Shown: positions 1 through 9,231 of the stretch, in pieces
How positions within the stretch are numbered: the first letter of the stretch is position 1
How the letters are laid out: every line of letters begins with the position of its first letter
Assembly (NCBI GenBank): GCA_020057405.1
Contig: JAGVFW010000004.1
Coordinates: 96,001-160,000, forward strand
Direction of reading: 5' to 3'
Source of the DNA: an archaeon
GTDB taxonomy: Archaea > Micrarchaeota > Micrarchaeia > Norongarragalinales > UBA97
DNA: 64,000 bases
Position numbers and translations under genes: made by a program
Notes under the pieces: model-generated
Told to the model about the DNA's origin: nothing
Database searches by the model: none
The model's input: the letters and a program-made list of their open reading frames with translations, nothing else

Positions 1-204
1 CTGGACAATCAACTGGCTGCCCAATACGAGTACGCGCGCTGAGGCTGGCGCGAAGCCCTTAAACTGCGTCGCGTCGGGCGTTGGCTGGCTGCCCGCCGCC
101 GCGTCGGCGGCGTTTGGGACGCTTAGAATGACGCTGAATAGTGAGATGCCGAATAGCAAGATGATTGCTACTGTAAAGTAGAACGTAGCGGGTCTTGCAG
201 CCAT
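1..204 (-). CDS. Hypothetical membrane/secreted protein, 5' part (runs off window)
   Basis: ATG at 204 with AGGTG SD upstream; reads MAARPATFYFTVAIILLFGISLFSVILSV... (N-terminal hydrophobic helix), open to position 1. Confidence 0.7.
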   Translation of the reverse strand, partial: MAARPATFYFTVAIILLFGISLFSVILSVPNAADAAAGSQPTPDATQFKGFAPASARVLVLGSQLIVQ

Positions 205-299
205 GGGAACTAAAGCACCTGTACAAGCAGTTGATGAACGGAAAGGCAAATAAAAGGTTCAGTAAAGCGAAGGAAAGCGGCTATTCAGTAAAGAGTTGA

Positions 300-348
300 A
301 GAAAAAAGAAGAAAGAAAAAGAGGGGGAGAGGCGTTTTACCGCCCCTC
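300..348 (-). terminator. Hairpin + U-tract after S-layer gene
   Basis: Minus strand GAGGGGCG-gtaaaa-CGCCTCTC stem followed by a long T-rich tract. Confidence 0.7.
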
Positions 349-361
349 AAAGCACTACGCC

Positions 362-3232
362 TTAGACGCCACGGACAGCATCGCGGTTCGTCGCCAACCA
401 ACCGATTAGCGCGTTAGCCGCATCCTGCGTGTCCTGAGCCGTGTAGCCAGCGACGATAACCTTACCGCCGATGACACGGACGATGGACGAACCGGGTGCG
501 TTGGTCGCCTCGGCAACGCCGGGGGTTCCAGCAGCAACGCTGTTCACCATCGGGCCGCCGACGACGATTACCTGCGCGGTCGAGCCGGCATCGGTGTCAA
601 GTACGACGAGCCTGTCCGACGCGGTGTTGAGCGGCGTGACAACTGCAGCCTTTGCAGGCGAGCAGGTGCCAGCACCACCAGAACCAGCGCCAGTGCAGAC
701 TGCGGTACCGCCGATGGCCGAAACCATGACCTTGTAGCCGCCGCCGAGCGAGTACTCCTCGCCTTCCTTAAGCGTAGTCGTCGAGACGATAGCACCGGAT
801 TCGGTGATGTTCACGTCAGAGGGCGCACCAAACTGCCAGCGAGCCTTCACCAGCTTCTTCGGGTACAAGACGGCAATCTCGTTGTTGCTCAACATCGAGA
901 GGACGCTTCCACCGGGCGTGATGTATCCCTGCTCAGCACCGAGGGTGCCGGTTGCGGGCATGTTCGTTATCGACGTGCCGGGCGAAGTCGTGGTCGTGTA
1001 CTGCGTAGTCAGGGTCGAGGTCGTCAACGTGCTGTTGAACAAGTACTGCGCATCGGTGTCAGTTCCACCAGGGAACATGTCGATGTTGAAGTAACCATTC
1101 AGGGCAGCGGTGTTGTCGATGATGGGCTCGTAGATGCGGAGCTTGATCGTCGCACCAGTGTTGTTGGCGAAGGGCAGAGTCTGTCCAATAACCTGGACGT
1201 TGACCTGCGCGCTTGCGTTGAAGCTCGTCGTCGTTGAAGGCAGAGTCGCCAACAGGAAATTACCTGTCGAGTTACCCATGTAGACCTTGAACGCCGCAGC
1301 GCCGTTTACTGGCAACCACGATAGGATAGGACCGCCCGCGAGTGCACCACCATCGTGGACACGAGTCTCTGCGCGTGCAATGGACTCAGAGCCTGACGAG
1401 GTGTTGTAGGTCACGAAGTACCTAGCCGACGTAGTCATGTTGAACGCGGCTGAACCGGGGTTGTAGGTTGCGGTGAAGCCAGCGGGGCCGGGCCTTGCGT
1501 TTGAGCTGACCAGCATGATACCAGCACTCGCCGTAGTCGACGGGTAGTAGTAGTCAAGCGTGTCGTCTGCTACGTCGCTCGGGGTAGTGTAGTTTGACTG
1601 CGTGCCCGAAGCATCGTAGACGATGAAGCGACCGTTGTACTTGTCGATCCACACGGTGTCGTAGGTCTTGCCGCCAACGAGAAACGCGTTGTTGTAGGCT
1701 GACTTGAGCTGAGTCACGTTGACATCGACGTTAGTGCCGAAGCCGAGCGTGCCGTCAGACTGCCTTGAGATGACGTTGACGAACGGGTCTGCCGTCGCGT
1801 TGTCACCAAGAGGCGACATCTTGCTCATGGTCGTCCTGCCGAGCGCCTTGATAGTCAAGGTGTCGTGGTCGGTTGGAACCTGGCCAAGGAAGGTCAAGCT
1901 CTTTGCCACAGGCTTCGCAATGAGGTTGAAAGACTTTCCAACTTTCACGCGAGTCGAGGTGGGGCCAGACAGCTTAATCTGCTTGAGCGACTTCTGCGCT
2001 TGGTCACCAACAGTCAACTGGTTGAACACGAGGTTCGCAACCCAGTTGGCATCCTGGTTCAGACGCGTAGACGCGTCGTCACCCTGGAACACGAGCTTGC
2101 TACCGTCCGTTAGGGTAATAGCGCTCGAGTAGACGGCAACCTCAGTGTATGAGGAGTCGCCGCCGCCCACGAAAACATCGCGGACGTGCAGGATGATGCC
2201 GTTCTTGTTGTAGTCTGAGGACGACTTGGACATCGAGAAGAAGTCCAGGCGGGTGCCCTCTGCGTCAGTTATCTCGAACGAGGAGAAAGGCTCGTTTCCA
2301 CCACCAGTGGCGATGGGTGAGATGCTGACCAGGCGGACTTCCTTGTCGCCGAGCTTGATGGACTCACCAGCCTTCATCTGCTTGAAGACTGCTGACTCAC
2401 CGAGGCTGAGCGTCGGGGTCGTCGTTGCGGTGCCGTTCTCAAAGTCAGTGATGACAAAGTCGCGGCCGAGGAACTTCACCTTGATGTTCCTGTTCTCCGT
2501 AATCTTGTCGTCATTGCTTGAGCGGCCTGAAGTGCTGCCGTTGACGATGTCGATGTGGTAGGGGACGGCATCAGTAAAGTTGCTGATGTATGCCATCTTG
2601 ATGCGGTCTGCCACAAGAGCGTCCTCAGTGAAGTCGTAGTAGTTCTGGCCAGAGACGTAGAAGCCGTCTTCCTGGGTAACAGTGTACGAGCCGAGGTTTG
2701 TAACAGCGCCCTTGAAGACAACGTCGGGGAAGAGCGTGTTTGACAGGTAGAAACCACCAGTGGTGATGCCGTTACCAACCAAGAGGCTGGCAGCGTCGTC
2801 GTCACGGGTCGTCGTGGCGGTCTTGATGTCGTTGTCAAGGAAGTCGTAGAGCTGCGTGTCGATGGTTGCAGTGCCGGTCTGGCCTGTTGCGCCTGCGGGC
2901 GAAGTAACCGAGAGGTCAACAGTCTTGTCGGCCACAGTGCCTGCGGGAAGTCCCGTAGGAGCGGGCGACGCGGTTGTGCCACCGAGCTGGGTGACATCAC
3001 GCTCGCTGTACGCGAGGTTGCCTACCATGGCGGCAATGTTGGCGGCAGCGACACCGTCCCAAATCTGGGCGTTGGAGCCGACGACAATCTTCACATTGGG
3101 CTCGCCATTGGTAAAGAAGTTATAGTTACCAAGGCTGCTTTCATCTACCGTGACAGCGCCAGCGAAGGCAGCCGCAAGGAGAGCTCCACCAGCAGCGGCG
3201 GAAGCGATTTTCTTCACATTCAAACTCTTCAC
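362..3232 (-). CDS. S-layer protein (Methanococcus/Thermococcus-type N- and C-terminal domains), 956 aa
   Basis: GTG at 3232 with GGGGTGA SD; signal peptide MKSLNVKKIASAAAGGALLAAAFAG; N-terminal motif VKIVVGSNA...D.VAAANIAA; C-terminal VIVVGGPMVNS...VIVAGYTAQDT; many N-x-S/T sequons. Confidence 0.9.
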   Translation of the reverse strand: MKSLNVKKIASAAAGGALLAAAFAGAVTVDESSLGNYNFFTNGEPNVKIVVGSNAQIWDGVAAANIAAMVGNLAYSERDVTQLGGTTASPAPTGLPAGTVADKTVDLSVTSPAGATGQTGTATIDTQLYDFLDNDIKTATTTRDDDAASLLVGNGITTGGFYLSNTLFPDVVFKGAVTNLGSYTVTQEDGFYVSGQNYYDFTEDALVADRIKMAYISNFTDAVPYHIDIVNGSTSGRSSNDDKITENRNIKVKFLGRDFVITDFENGTATTTPTLSLGESAVFKQMKAGESIKLGDKEVRLVSISPIATGGGNEPFSSFEITDAEGTRLDFFSMSKSSSDYNKNGIILHVRDVFVGGGDSSYTEVAVYSSAITLTDGSKLVFQGDDASTRLNQDANWVANLVFNQLTVGDQAQKSLKQIKLSGPTSTRVKVGKSFNLIAKPVAKSLTFLGQVPTDHDTLTIKALGRTTMSKMSPLGDNATADPFVNVISRQSDGTLGFGTNVDVNVTQLKSAYNNAFLVGGKTYDTVWIDKYNGRFIVYDASGTQSNYTTPSDVADDTLDYYYPSTTASAGIMLVSSNARPGPAGFTATYNPGSAAFNMTTSARYFVTYNTSSGSESIARAETRVHDGGALAGGPILSWLPVNGAAAFKVYMGNSTGNFLLATLPSTTTSFNASAQVNVQVIGQTLPFANNTGATIKLRIYEPIIDNTAALNGYFNIDMFPGGTDTDAQYLFNSTLTTSTLTTQYTTTTSPGTSITNMPATGTLGAEQGYITPGGSVLSMLSNNEIAVLYPKKLVKARWQFGAPSDVNITESGAIVSTTTLKEGEEYSLGGGYKVMVSAIGGTAVCTGAGSGGAGTCSPAKAAVVTPLNTASDRLVVLDTDAGSTAQVIVVGGPMVNSVAAGTPGVAEATNAPGSSIVRVIGGKVIVAGYTAQDTQDAANALIGWLATNRDAVRGV

Positions 3233-3309
3233 GAAATCACCCCGTACGAACCTTGTGGGTTCGGACAATGTCTTACAAAGACCTATGTTATACACCAACT
3301 TGACGCCGC

Positions 3310-3317
3310 TATTTAAA
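3310..3317 (-). promoter_or_regulatory. TATA box of S-layer gene
   Basis: TTTAAATA on minus strand ~80 nt upstream of start codon. Confidence 0.55.
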
Positions 3318-3565
3318 CCTTCGCGCCCCGACAACGGTTTTTTAAACCATCGCCAAGAAGCGATGCTTATACAGCACCAAGCTAGTGGAATACCCTTAAC
3401 ACTGGGTCGCTTTATAAGAGTTACGGGTAAAGTATTGCCTACTGACGATGATTTGGGGGACGGGAAGCGAATTTGGGCCCTTTTTCGCCGTAACCCCTTT
3501 CGACAAACATTAGACGCCTGACGAAGAAAACACAGCTTTAGAGTGCGCCAGATGGGAAAAACCAT

Positions 3566-3702
3566 GGACCGCCGCCACCAAAGACTCCCGGGGGGAACTA
3601 GCACCAAAAACCTAGCGCCTGCCTGCCAACCGCATCCGGCTACGCCGGCAGGGACAACCACCACACCCCCCATAGGCGGCACGGAGGTGACGCCAGGCGG
3701 CC
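3566..3702 (-). ncRNA. Candidate structured ncRNA (unassigned)
   Basis: Terminal stem GGCCGCC/GGCGGTC, internal stems CCTGCC/GGCAGG, CCGGC/GCCGG, GGGGGG/CCCCCC; G/U-rich strand; TATA-like tract 3724-3740 upstream; T5 tract downstream. Confidence 0.35.
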
Positions 3703-3752
3703 GGGACTTTTTGCGCCATTACCTTATACTATAATAGTACAAACCCGGTTTT

Positions 3753-3964
3753 GGGGCTAAAACGACTCCGAAGCCCCGCCCCCAACTTGGGGGGGTAGAG
3801 ATGCACGAGCAGTTTGACCAAGCAGAGCTAGGCTGGTCCGCGTGGAGCATAGCTCACGGGAGCCGTGAACGCGTCAAGCGTCCACCCGCTCCAGCAAACC
3901 CGTAGGGTTTAGCCCGGAACACCAAGCCGGGAGGCTCGCAGAACCGCGATGTCTCCCTCCCCCC
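3753..3964 (+). ncRNA. Candidate structured ncRNA (unassigned)
   Basis: Dense nested hairpins (GGGGCT/AGCCCC, GACCA/TGGTC, CGCGT/ACGCG, CACGG/CCGTG, AAACCC/GGGTTT, CCCGG/CCGGG, CGAGC/GCTCG) in a non-coding GC-rich intergenic block downstream of the TATA-like tract. Confidence 0.4.
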
Positions 3965-4072
3965 TAACTTAAACGAAAGTAAAATAAACTGTTGGGAACT
4001 ATTGGATAGTCAAGTAAAAGGGTTCTGCCGCTATTGTCGGCGCGGGCCATTGTGATTTTGGAGGGGGGTTTT

Positions 4073-4855
4073 GTGGAGAATATTAGGAACGGATTGTATG
4101 CTTTGGCCATTGCGGTCGTGGCGTCCACCATTATATTGAGCGTGAGCCTTGGCAGCGCTGCAGGCACCATTTCAGAGGGCTTGGCGCAAGTCAAGGTCGG
4201 CGTGCCAGTAGCAGTCGGCGGAAGCGGAACTGGGGCCCAGCCTACGGTTGGAGTCCAGCAGCAGCCTACTGCAGAGCCTACTACGGTCCAGCAGGCCCCT
4301 CGCGGCAAGCTTGACTTGAGCAACGCGGCCAGCGAAGGCAGCAAGGACGCCAAGATAGTGCTTGTCGAGTACAGCGACTTCCAGTGCCCGTTCTGCGGCA
4401 GGTTCTACACCGGTGCCGAGGTCGAGATCAAGAAGAACTACATTGACACGGGGAAAGTGAGGCTGGTTTACAAGAACTTCCCGCTTGACAGCATCCACCC
4501 GAACGCAAGGCCGGCGGCTATTGCCTTTGAATGCGCTCGCCAAGATGACGAGGCCAAGGCGTGGCTGTTCCGCAACAAGATGTTCGAAAACCAGGGATCG
4601 CTTAGCGACGCCAGCTACGCCCAGTGGATAAAGGACGTTGGGCTTGACTCAGCCAAGTTCAGCACGTGCTACACCACAAAGGCAAGCGAGCCGGTTGTGA
4701 ACGCGCAATTCCAGGAAGGCGCCAACAACGGCATCCAGGGCACTCCGGGCTTCCTCATCACTGACGCAAGCGGCAACATCGTGTTGCCCGAAATCAGCGG
4801 CGCCCAGCCCTACGCGGTCTTCCAAGCCGCACTCGAGCAGGCCCTCAACGCGTAA
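4073..4855 (+). CDS. DsbA-family thioredoxin-fold oxidoreductase, membrane anchored
   Basis: EYSDFQCPFC, FPL..HP.A..AA, GIQGTPGF and GAQPY motifs; N-terminal TM; GTG with GGAGG SD. Confidence 0.9.
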   Translation: MENIRNGLYALAIAVVASTIILSVSLGSAAGTISEGLAQVKVGVPVAVGGSGTGAQPTVGVQQQPTAEPTTVQQAPRGKLDLSNAASEGSKDAKIVLVEYSDFQCPFCGRFYTGAEVEIKKNYIDTGKVRLVYKNFPLDSIHPNARPAAIAFECARQDDEAKAWLFRNKMFENQGSLSDASYAQWIKDVGLDSAKFSTCYTTKASEPVVNAQFQEGANNGIQGTPGFLITDASGNIVLPEISGAQPYAVFQAALEQALNA

Positions 4856-4928
4856 GTAAAACGCCTTTTTCCCGCTAGGGGGGCTTCAACCCCCTTCTTT
4901 TATTTTACAGCCCTTACTTGTAGTTAGC

Positions 4929-5474
4929 ATGAACCAGACTAACCCGTTCTTTAGCGGTGCGCGAGCCGACCTGATGGTGGCTTTCGGCACGGTTTTCGCC
5001 AAAGAACACTACCGCCTCTTAGCCATTGGCGCTGCCTTCGCCGCCGCCTTTGCCTTCATCTGGGTTCCGGTAGCAACAACGCCGGGTAACGACTTTGCAT
5101 TCTACTTTCGCATCACGCCGTGGTGGAACTACGTCTTTTTGTTGCTTTTCGCCGCAGGGTTTGGCTTCATGCTGCCAATGCAGGTCTACCTCCTGCGCCA
5201 AAAAGCGCCCCCCGCCAAGGAAAAGGCCAAGGGCCTGGCGCCCGTTGTCTCAAGCGCGCTTGCCGGAATTTACGCAACCGCGGCCTGCGCGGGATGCGTG
5301 ACGACCGTCTTTAGCTTCTTTGGCTTTGGCGGCGTGCTCTTCCTTTTAGAGTACCGCCTGCCACTGCTTGCCGTAAGCCTTGCCTTGCTTGCCGCAAGCG
5401 TCTACTACACGGCACGCCAGATTGCCGGCCACTGCCCCGAGTGCGCAGTCGTCTCGCCAAACAGGCAGGTTTAA
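4929..5474 (+). CDS. Multi-pass membrane protein with CAGC and C-terminal CPEC motifs
   Basis: About 4 hydrophobic segments, two CxxC motifs, adjacent to the DsbA gene. Confidence 0.75.
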   Translation: MNQTNPFFSGARADLMVAFGTVFAKEHYRLLAIGAAFAAAFAFIWVPVATTPGNDFAFYFRITPWWNYVFLLLFAAGFGFMLPMQVYLLRQKAPPAKEKAKGLAPVVSSALAGIYATAACAGCVTTVFSFFGFGGVLFLLEYRLPLLAVSLALLAASVYYTARQIAGHCPECAVVSPNRQV

Positions 5475-5514
5475 ACTCTTTTTTCCACCTAAGTAGTTTC
5501 ACTAGTTCTGCGTT

Positions 5515-5587
5515 AGCCCCGTCGTCTAGTGGTCAAGGATAACAGGCTCTGAACCTGTGGACAGCGGTTCGAATCCGCTCGGGGCTA
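5515..5587 (+). tRNA. tRNA-Gln(CTG)
   Basis: AGCCCCG/CGGGGCT acceptor, ACAGG-CT CTG AA-CCTGT anticodon arm, TTCGAAT T-loop. Confidence 0.95.
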
Positions 5588-5619
5588 TTCTTAAATTCTT
5601 AGCGGCAGTCCACTGGCCT

Positions 5620-6003
5620 ATGAAGCCCGTCGTCAAGGAGCTGCTTAGCCGCCCGCTTTCCTGCGTCTTTTTCCACGGCCACCACCTGACTTTTTGCTTT
5701 GACGGCGAAAAGCATACTTACTTCATCAAGTTTGGCCACGCGAGGAACCATGTTGGCGAGTGGCACAGGCAACGGCCCGTGTTGTTCGTTGACGAGAAGC
5801 TAAAGGGCGACGACCGGCTCTCGATTGCCTTGCATGAGGCGATTGAGAAGCGAATGGCGCAAAAGTACGGCCTTGACGTCGATAGCGAGGCACACAAGGT
5901 CGCAGTCACCATCGAGCGAAAGTGGTACCGCATGCGGCACAAGAACTGGCGTTCCCACCAGATGAAGGTCTACTGGATTTGGAAAAAGCGGGGCGCGAAA
6001 TAG
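5620..6003 (+). CDS. Hypothetical protein with HExxE...AH putative metal-binding motif
   Basis: ATG 5620 after TTAAAT TATA; ALHEAIE...AHKVA. Confidence 0.65.
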   Translation: MKPVVKELLSRPLSCVFFHGHHLTFCFDGEKHTYFIKFGHARNHVGEWHRQRPVLFVDEKLKGDDRLSIALHEAIEKRMAQKYGLDVDSEAHKVAVTIERKWYRMRHKNWRSHQMKVYWIWKKRGAK

Positions 6004-6034
6004 GTTAAAGAACAGGACGGGGACAAAACTGCTT

Positions 6035-6793
6035 GTGACTGGAGAAAAACGCGGACTGGAGTTTCGGACCGTCGTCGAGTGGCCGTTTTTCACAACCGCC
6101 CTTGGCAAACACTTTGGCGGCCTGCCCACAAAACAGAAGCAGGAAGCAATCGACAGAATCACCGACGCCATGTTGCAAGTGATTGACGCCCACGAGGGCA
6201 AAAAACGCGAGAGCGGCGGGCCATACATCGAGGGCCACGACCTGCCCGTGACATACTTTTACATGCAACTCGCCGACATGGCTGGCATAACGAAAGCAGA
6301 GCAGCCGATGGGAATTCAGGCTTCGCTTTTGCACGACGTAATCGAGAACCCCACTGACAAGCGCCTTCGGGACAAGTATCGCGCCCGGATTGCGCAAAAC
6401 TATCACCCCGATGTTGTTAAGATAGTGGAAGCGCTGACGAAAAGGCCTTACGATGACTTTGCGGGAGGCAAGAAACTCCAGCGCATTGCCCGCACGCAAG
6501 CGCACTTACAGGCGATTGCCGAGCTGCCCGAGGAATTGCGCAGGCACGCGCTTTTAATCAAGCTTGCCGACCGCATTCACAACATCCTCACGCTGCAGTA
6601 TTCTACTCCAGGCAAGCAAACGCGCTATTCGCGCGAGACGCGTGACGTATTCCTGCCGTTCTTCCGCACGCACTTGGGCGACGAGCTCACCGGCCACCTC
6701 GAACACGCCCTCTCACTTCACGTCAACCGGCGCGCATTAGGTACTATGCTGAAGCAAAAAGCCCCGGCGAAAAGGCCGACTAAGCGACTGTGA
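6035..6793 (+). CDS. HD-domain hydrolase, RelA/SpoT-hydrolase (Mesh1)-like
   Basis: AH.G.KR.SG.PYI..H, LLHDVIE, IKLADRIHN motifs. Confidence 0.8.
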   Translation: MTGEKRGLEFRTVVEWPFFTTALGKHFGGLPTKQKQEAIDRITDAMLQVIDAHEGKKRESGGPYIEGHDLPVTYFYMQLADMAGITKAEQPMGIQASLLHDVIENPTDKRLRDKYRARIAQNYHPDVVKIVEALTKRPYDDFAGGKKLQRIARTQAHLQAIAELPEELRRHALLIKLADRIHNILTLQYSTPGKQTRYSRETRDVFLPFFRTHLGDELTGHLEHALSLHVNRRALGTMLKQKAPAKRPTKRL

Positions 6794-6890
6794 AGAAAAA
6801 GCGTTTCGGTTACCTTGCAAAGCGAAGCTTTGCGAGGCGCGGCAAGGCTTTGCCTTGCCTGCGAGCTTTTCGAGGCCTAGCGCCGAACTG

Positions 6891-6971
6891 TTTTTTGATT
6901 AACCTTTTTCGAGCGCGAGAAGCGAGCCGCCAACCGGGGGCGGGAGCCTCGCAGCGCTAGGAAAAAGGTTA
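6891..6971. repeat. Structured intergenic repeat, copy 1
   Basis: TTTTGATTAACCTTTTTCGAGCGCGAGAAGCGAGCCGCC...GGCGGGAGCCTCGCAGCGCTAGGAAAAAGGTT; homologous to 10407-10481. Confidence 0.75.
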
Positions 6972-6972
6972 G

Positions 6973-7045
6973 TGGGGTCGCCGCGATTTGAACGCGGATC
7001 GATAGCTCCCGAAGCTACCAGCATGCCAGGTTGGCCCACGACCCC
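6973..7045 (-). tRNA. tRNA-Pro(CGG)
   Basis: GGGGTCG/CGACCCC acceptor, anticodon loop TT CGG GA, TTCAAAT T-loop. Confidence 0.93.
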
Positions 7046-7087
7046 AGTGAAGTAATTGAGGGGCGTAAACGGTTTTAAGCCCCCAAC

Positions 7088-7762
7088 CTAAAGAGGATGA
7101 ATCCACTTCTGCCGCGAACGCCGCGGGTCGAATTCAACGCGCCGTTCGATATCCGCCTGGCGTAGGACGGCGTTGGAAAAATCCTCGGCCCACTGGCGGT
7201 TGGCAAACGTCACCCCGGCCCTGACCTTGGCAGCCCTCGCCCGTCCGGCTCCAACAAAATCCAGGTCGTAGCGGCCAATCGTCGTATCTCTTAACGTCGG
7301 GTTGACGTCAAGCTCCAAGTTTGCAGGCGTAACGAGGCGACGGGAACCGTCCTTGAGGCTCGCGCTCACTAAGTACGTTTCGAAATGGCTGTCTTGCGGC
7401 GGGACAAATTCTATGTACGCAGCGTGGCCTGCCGCAAGCCCGTGTCTAAGCTCTTCGTTTTCCATCACCAGCCGCTGGGCTTTCTCCTGAAGCTCGTCAA
7501 AGAACGGCTGATACTTCAGCTTTTCAACCTCGAAAGCGGATTGGTGCACGAAAATATCGGCGTCGCCTATAATGCGCTGCAGCTTGGGTGCTTCAGAGTG
7601 GGGCACGCGGAAGTTGAAGTTCAGACGGAAAGTATTGGCGTCTTCCTTAGTCAAGGCCAACTCCAGCCGCCGGCGCGCGTCACTGTCCAAAAGAGCCGAC
7701 TTGGCAGTTCGCGCCAGTACGCCGACGGCATGAATTAATTCCTCGTAATCATCGAATCGCAT
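7088..7762 (-). CDS. Hypothetical protein
   Basis: ORF fills the space between two tRNAs; ATG 7762 (the longer start overlaps tRNA-Arg). Confidence 0.7.
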   Translation of the reverse strand: MRFDDYEELIHAVGVLARTAKSALLDSDARRRLELALTKEDANTFRLNFNFRVPHSEAPKLQRIIGDADIFVHQSAFEVEKLKYQPFFDELQEKAQRLVMENEELRHGLAAGHAAYIEFVPPQDSHFETYLVSASLKDGSRRLVTPANLELDVNPTLRDTTIGRYDLDFVGAGRARAAKVRAGVTFANRQWAEDFSNAVLRQADIERRVEFDPRRSRQKWIHPL

Positions 7763-7797
7763 ACTGAACCTTGGGAAAACCAAAGAATAAAAGCAGG

Positions 7798-7872
7798 CGG
7801 GCCCGGTGGGATTTGAACCCACGGCATCCTGCTTAGAAGGCAGGCGCTCTGTCCAGGCTGAGCTACGGGCCC
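7798..7872 (-). tRNA. tRNA-Arg(TCT)
   Basis: GGGCCCG/CGGGCCC acceptor, CCTGC-CT TCT AA-GCAGG. Confidence 0.95.
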
Positions 7873-7926
7873 ACGATAATGTTGTGGAGGCGAGCGGTTT
7901 TATTCCCGCCCTCCCTTTCCTTATTC

Positions 7927-9210
7927 ATGAAAGCGGCAGGCCTGGAGTTCGACTTTACCCACTCTGGCATAACAAGCGCGAAAATAGCCCGGGCCAGCCG
8001 GCGCTTTGCGCCCATAGTCAAGTACGTCAACGGCACGATTGCAAAAAACGACTACTCAAACGACGCGGCCTCGCTCAACCTTCCCTCGGAAACGAAGTTC
8101 TTGCGCGAGTCGCGGTCGCTCGCGCGCGAGTTCTCGGGCGCTGATGCACTCGTCATGGTCGGCATAGGCGGCTCGAATCTCGGCACCTCGGCCGTTTTGC
8201 AGGCAGTCAAAGGCAGTTACTATAATCTCGAGAATCCCGACAAGCAAGTGTTTTTTGCCGACACTACTGACTCGCGCTCGATTGCTGCAATCGCCAGGCT
8301 GGTATCCTCAAAGAAGAAAGTCGTCATCAACGCAGTGTCAAAGTCCGGCTCTACTACCGAGACAATCGCCAATTTCCGAGTGCTGAAAAATCACTTGCCC
8401 AAAGCGAAAATCATCGTGACTACCGACGCGGGCTCGAAGTTCGAGGCGGCTGCCAAGGCAAATGGCTACCCCACGCTCGAAATCCCGTCCAAAGTCGGCG
8501 GCAGGTATTCCGTCTTCTCCAATGTCGGCCTCTTTCCGCTTGCCTGGGTGGGACTCGACTGCCACGCCCTGCTTGCAGGAGCCAAGGAAATGCGCGACTC
8601 TTGCCTCAGGAACGAAGAAAACCCGGCCTCTGCGATGGCCGTGCTCTTGCACGCAAACGCAATGGCAGGAAGGCGCATTCACGACCACTTCCTCTTCGCA
8701 AGCGACCTCGAAGGCGTCGGCAAGTGGTATCGCCAACTGCTTGGGGAAAGCATCGGGAAAGAGTGGGACTATTACGGCAAGCGCCGCGTGCGCACTGGCA
8801 TCACGCCAACAGTCTCAATTGGCTCTACTGACCTTCACTCTGTTGGCCAGCTCTATTTTGGCGGCCCGCGGGACAAGTTCTTCCGCGTCGTGAGCGTCGC
8901 TGGCGAGAAGACTTCTCCCAAAGTGCTTCCTGAGCGGGCTTTTGACAAGCTCGCGCCAGGCATTTCGGGCAAGTCGCTTGACAAGATAATGAACGCCATT
9001 GTCGAGGGGACGAAGGGCGCGATGAGAAAGCAGGGCCTGCCTTACGCAAGCGTGCAACTGCCCGACTTGAAGGAACACACAATCGGCGCGCTCTTGCAGG
9101 AAGAAATGCTCGAGACCATGCTCTTGGGCGAGCTTTTCGCCGTCAACCCGTTCGACCAGCCGGCAGTCGAAAGCTACAAGCAAGAGACACGGCGTCTGCT
9201 GTCAAGGTAA
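7927..9210 (+). CDS. pgi: Glucose-6-phosphate isomerase
   Basis: GIGGSNLG, SKSGSTTET, VGGRYSVFS.VGL, QLLGESIGK, NPFDQPAVESYK. Confidence 0.93.
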   Translation: MKAAGLEFDFTHSGITSAKIARASRRFAPIVKYVNGTIAKNDYSNDAASLNLPSETKFLRESRSLAREFSGADALVMVGIGGSNLGTSAVLQAVKGSYYNLENPDKQVFFADTTDSRSIAAIARLVSSKKKVVINAVSKSGSTTETIANFRVLKNHLPKAKIIVTTDAGSKFEAAAKANGYPTLEIPSKVGGRYSVFSNVGLFPLAWVGLDCHALLAGAKEMRDSCLRNEENPASAMAVLLHANAMAGRRIHDHFLFASDLEGVGKWYRQLLGESIGKEWDYYGKRRVRTGITPTVSIGSTDLHSVGQLYFGGPRDKFFRVVSVAGEKTSPKVLPERAFDKLAPGISGKSLDKIMNAIVEGTKGAMRKQGLPYASVQLPDLKEHTIGALLQEEMLETMLLGELFAVNPFDQPAVESYKQETRRLLSR

Positions 9211-9231
9211 ATAAGCTCTTGCGATACCTAT

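Noticed and set aside
3381-3460. Replication origin (ORB-like AGTGGAATAC)
   Set aside because: Single weak match, no repeated ORBs and no cdc6/orc1 gene in the window
3233-3682. 150-aa N-terminal extension of the S-layer ORF in the ORF track
   Set aside because: The signal peptide, SD and TATA all point to GTG 3232; the extension crosses promoter and structured non-coding DNA
3566-3964. 5S rRNA, SRP RNA, tmRNA or HDV-like ribozyme
   Set aside because: No 5S CCGAAC-type motifs; only an imperfect SRP helix-8 look-alike (CTGG-TCC-GCGT-GGA-GCA); no tRNA-like 3' end; P3/L3 pairing fails
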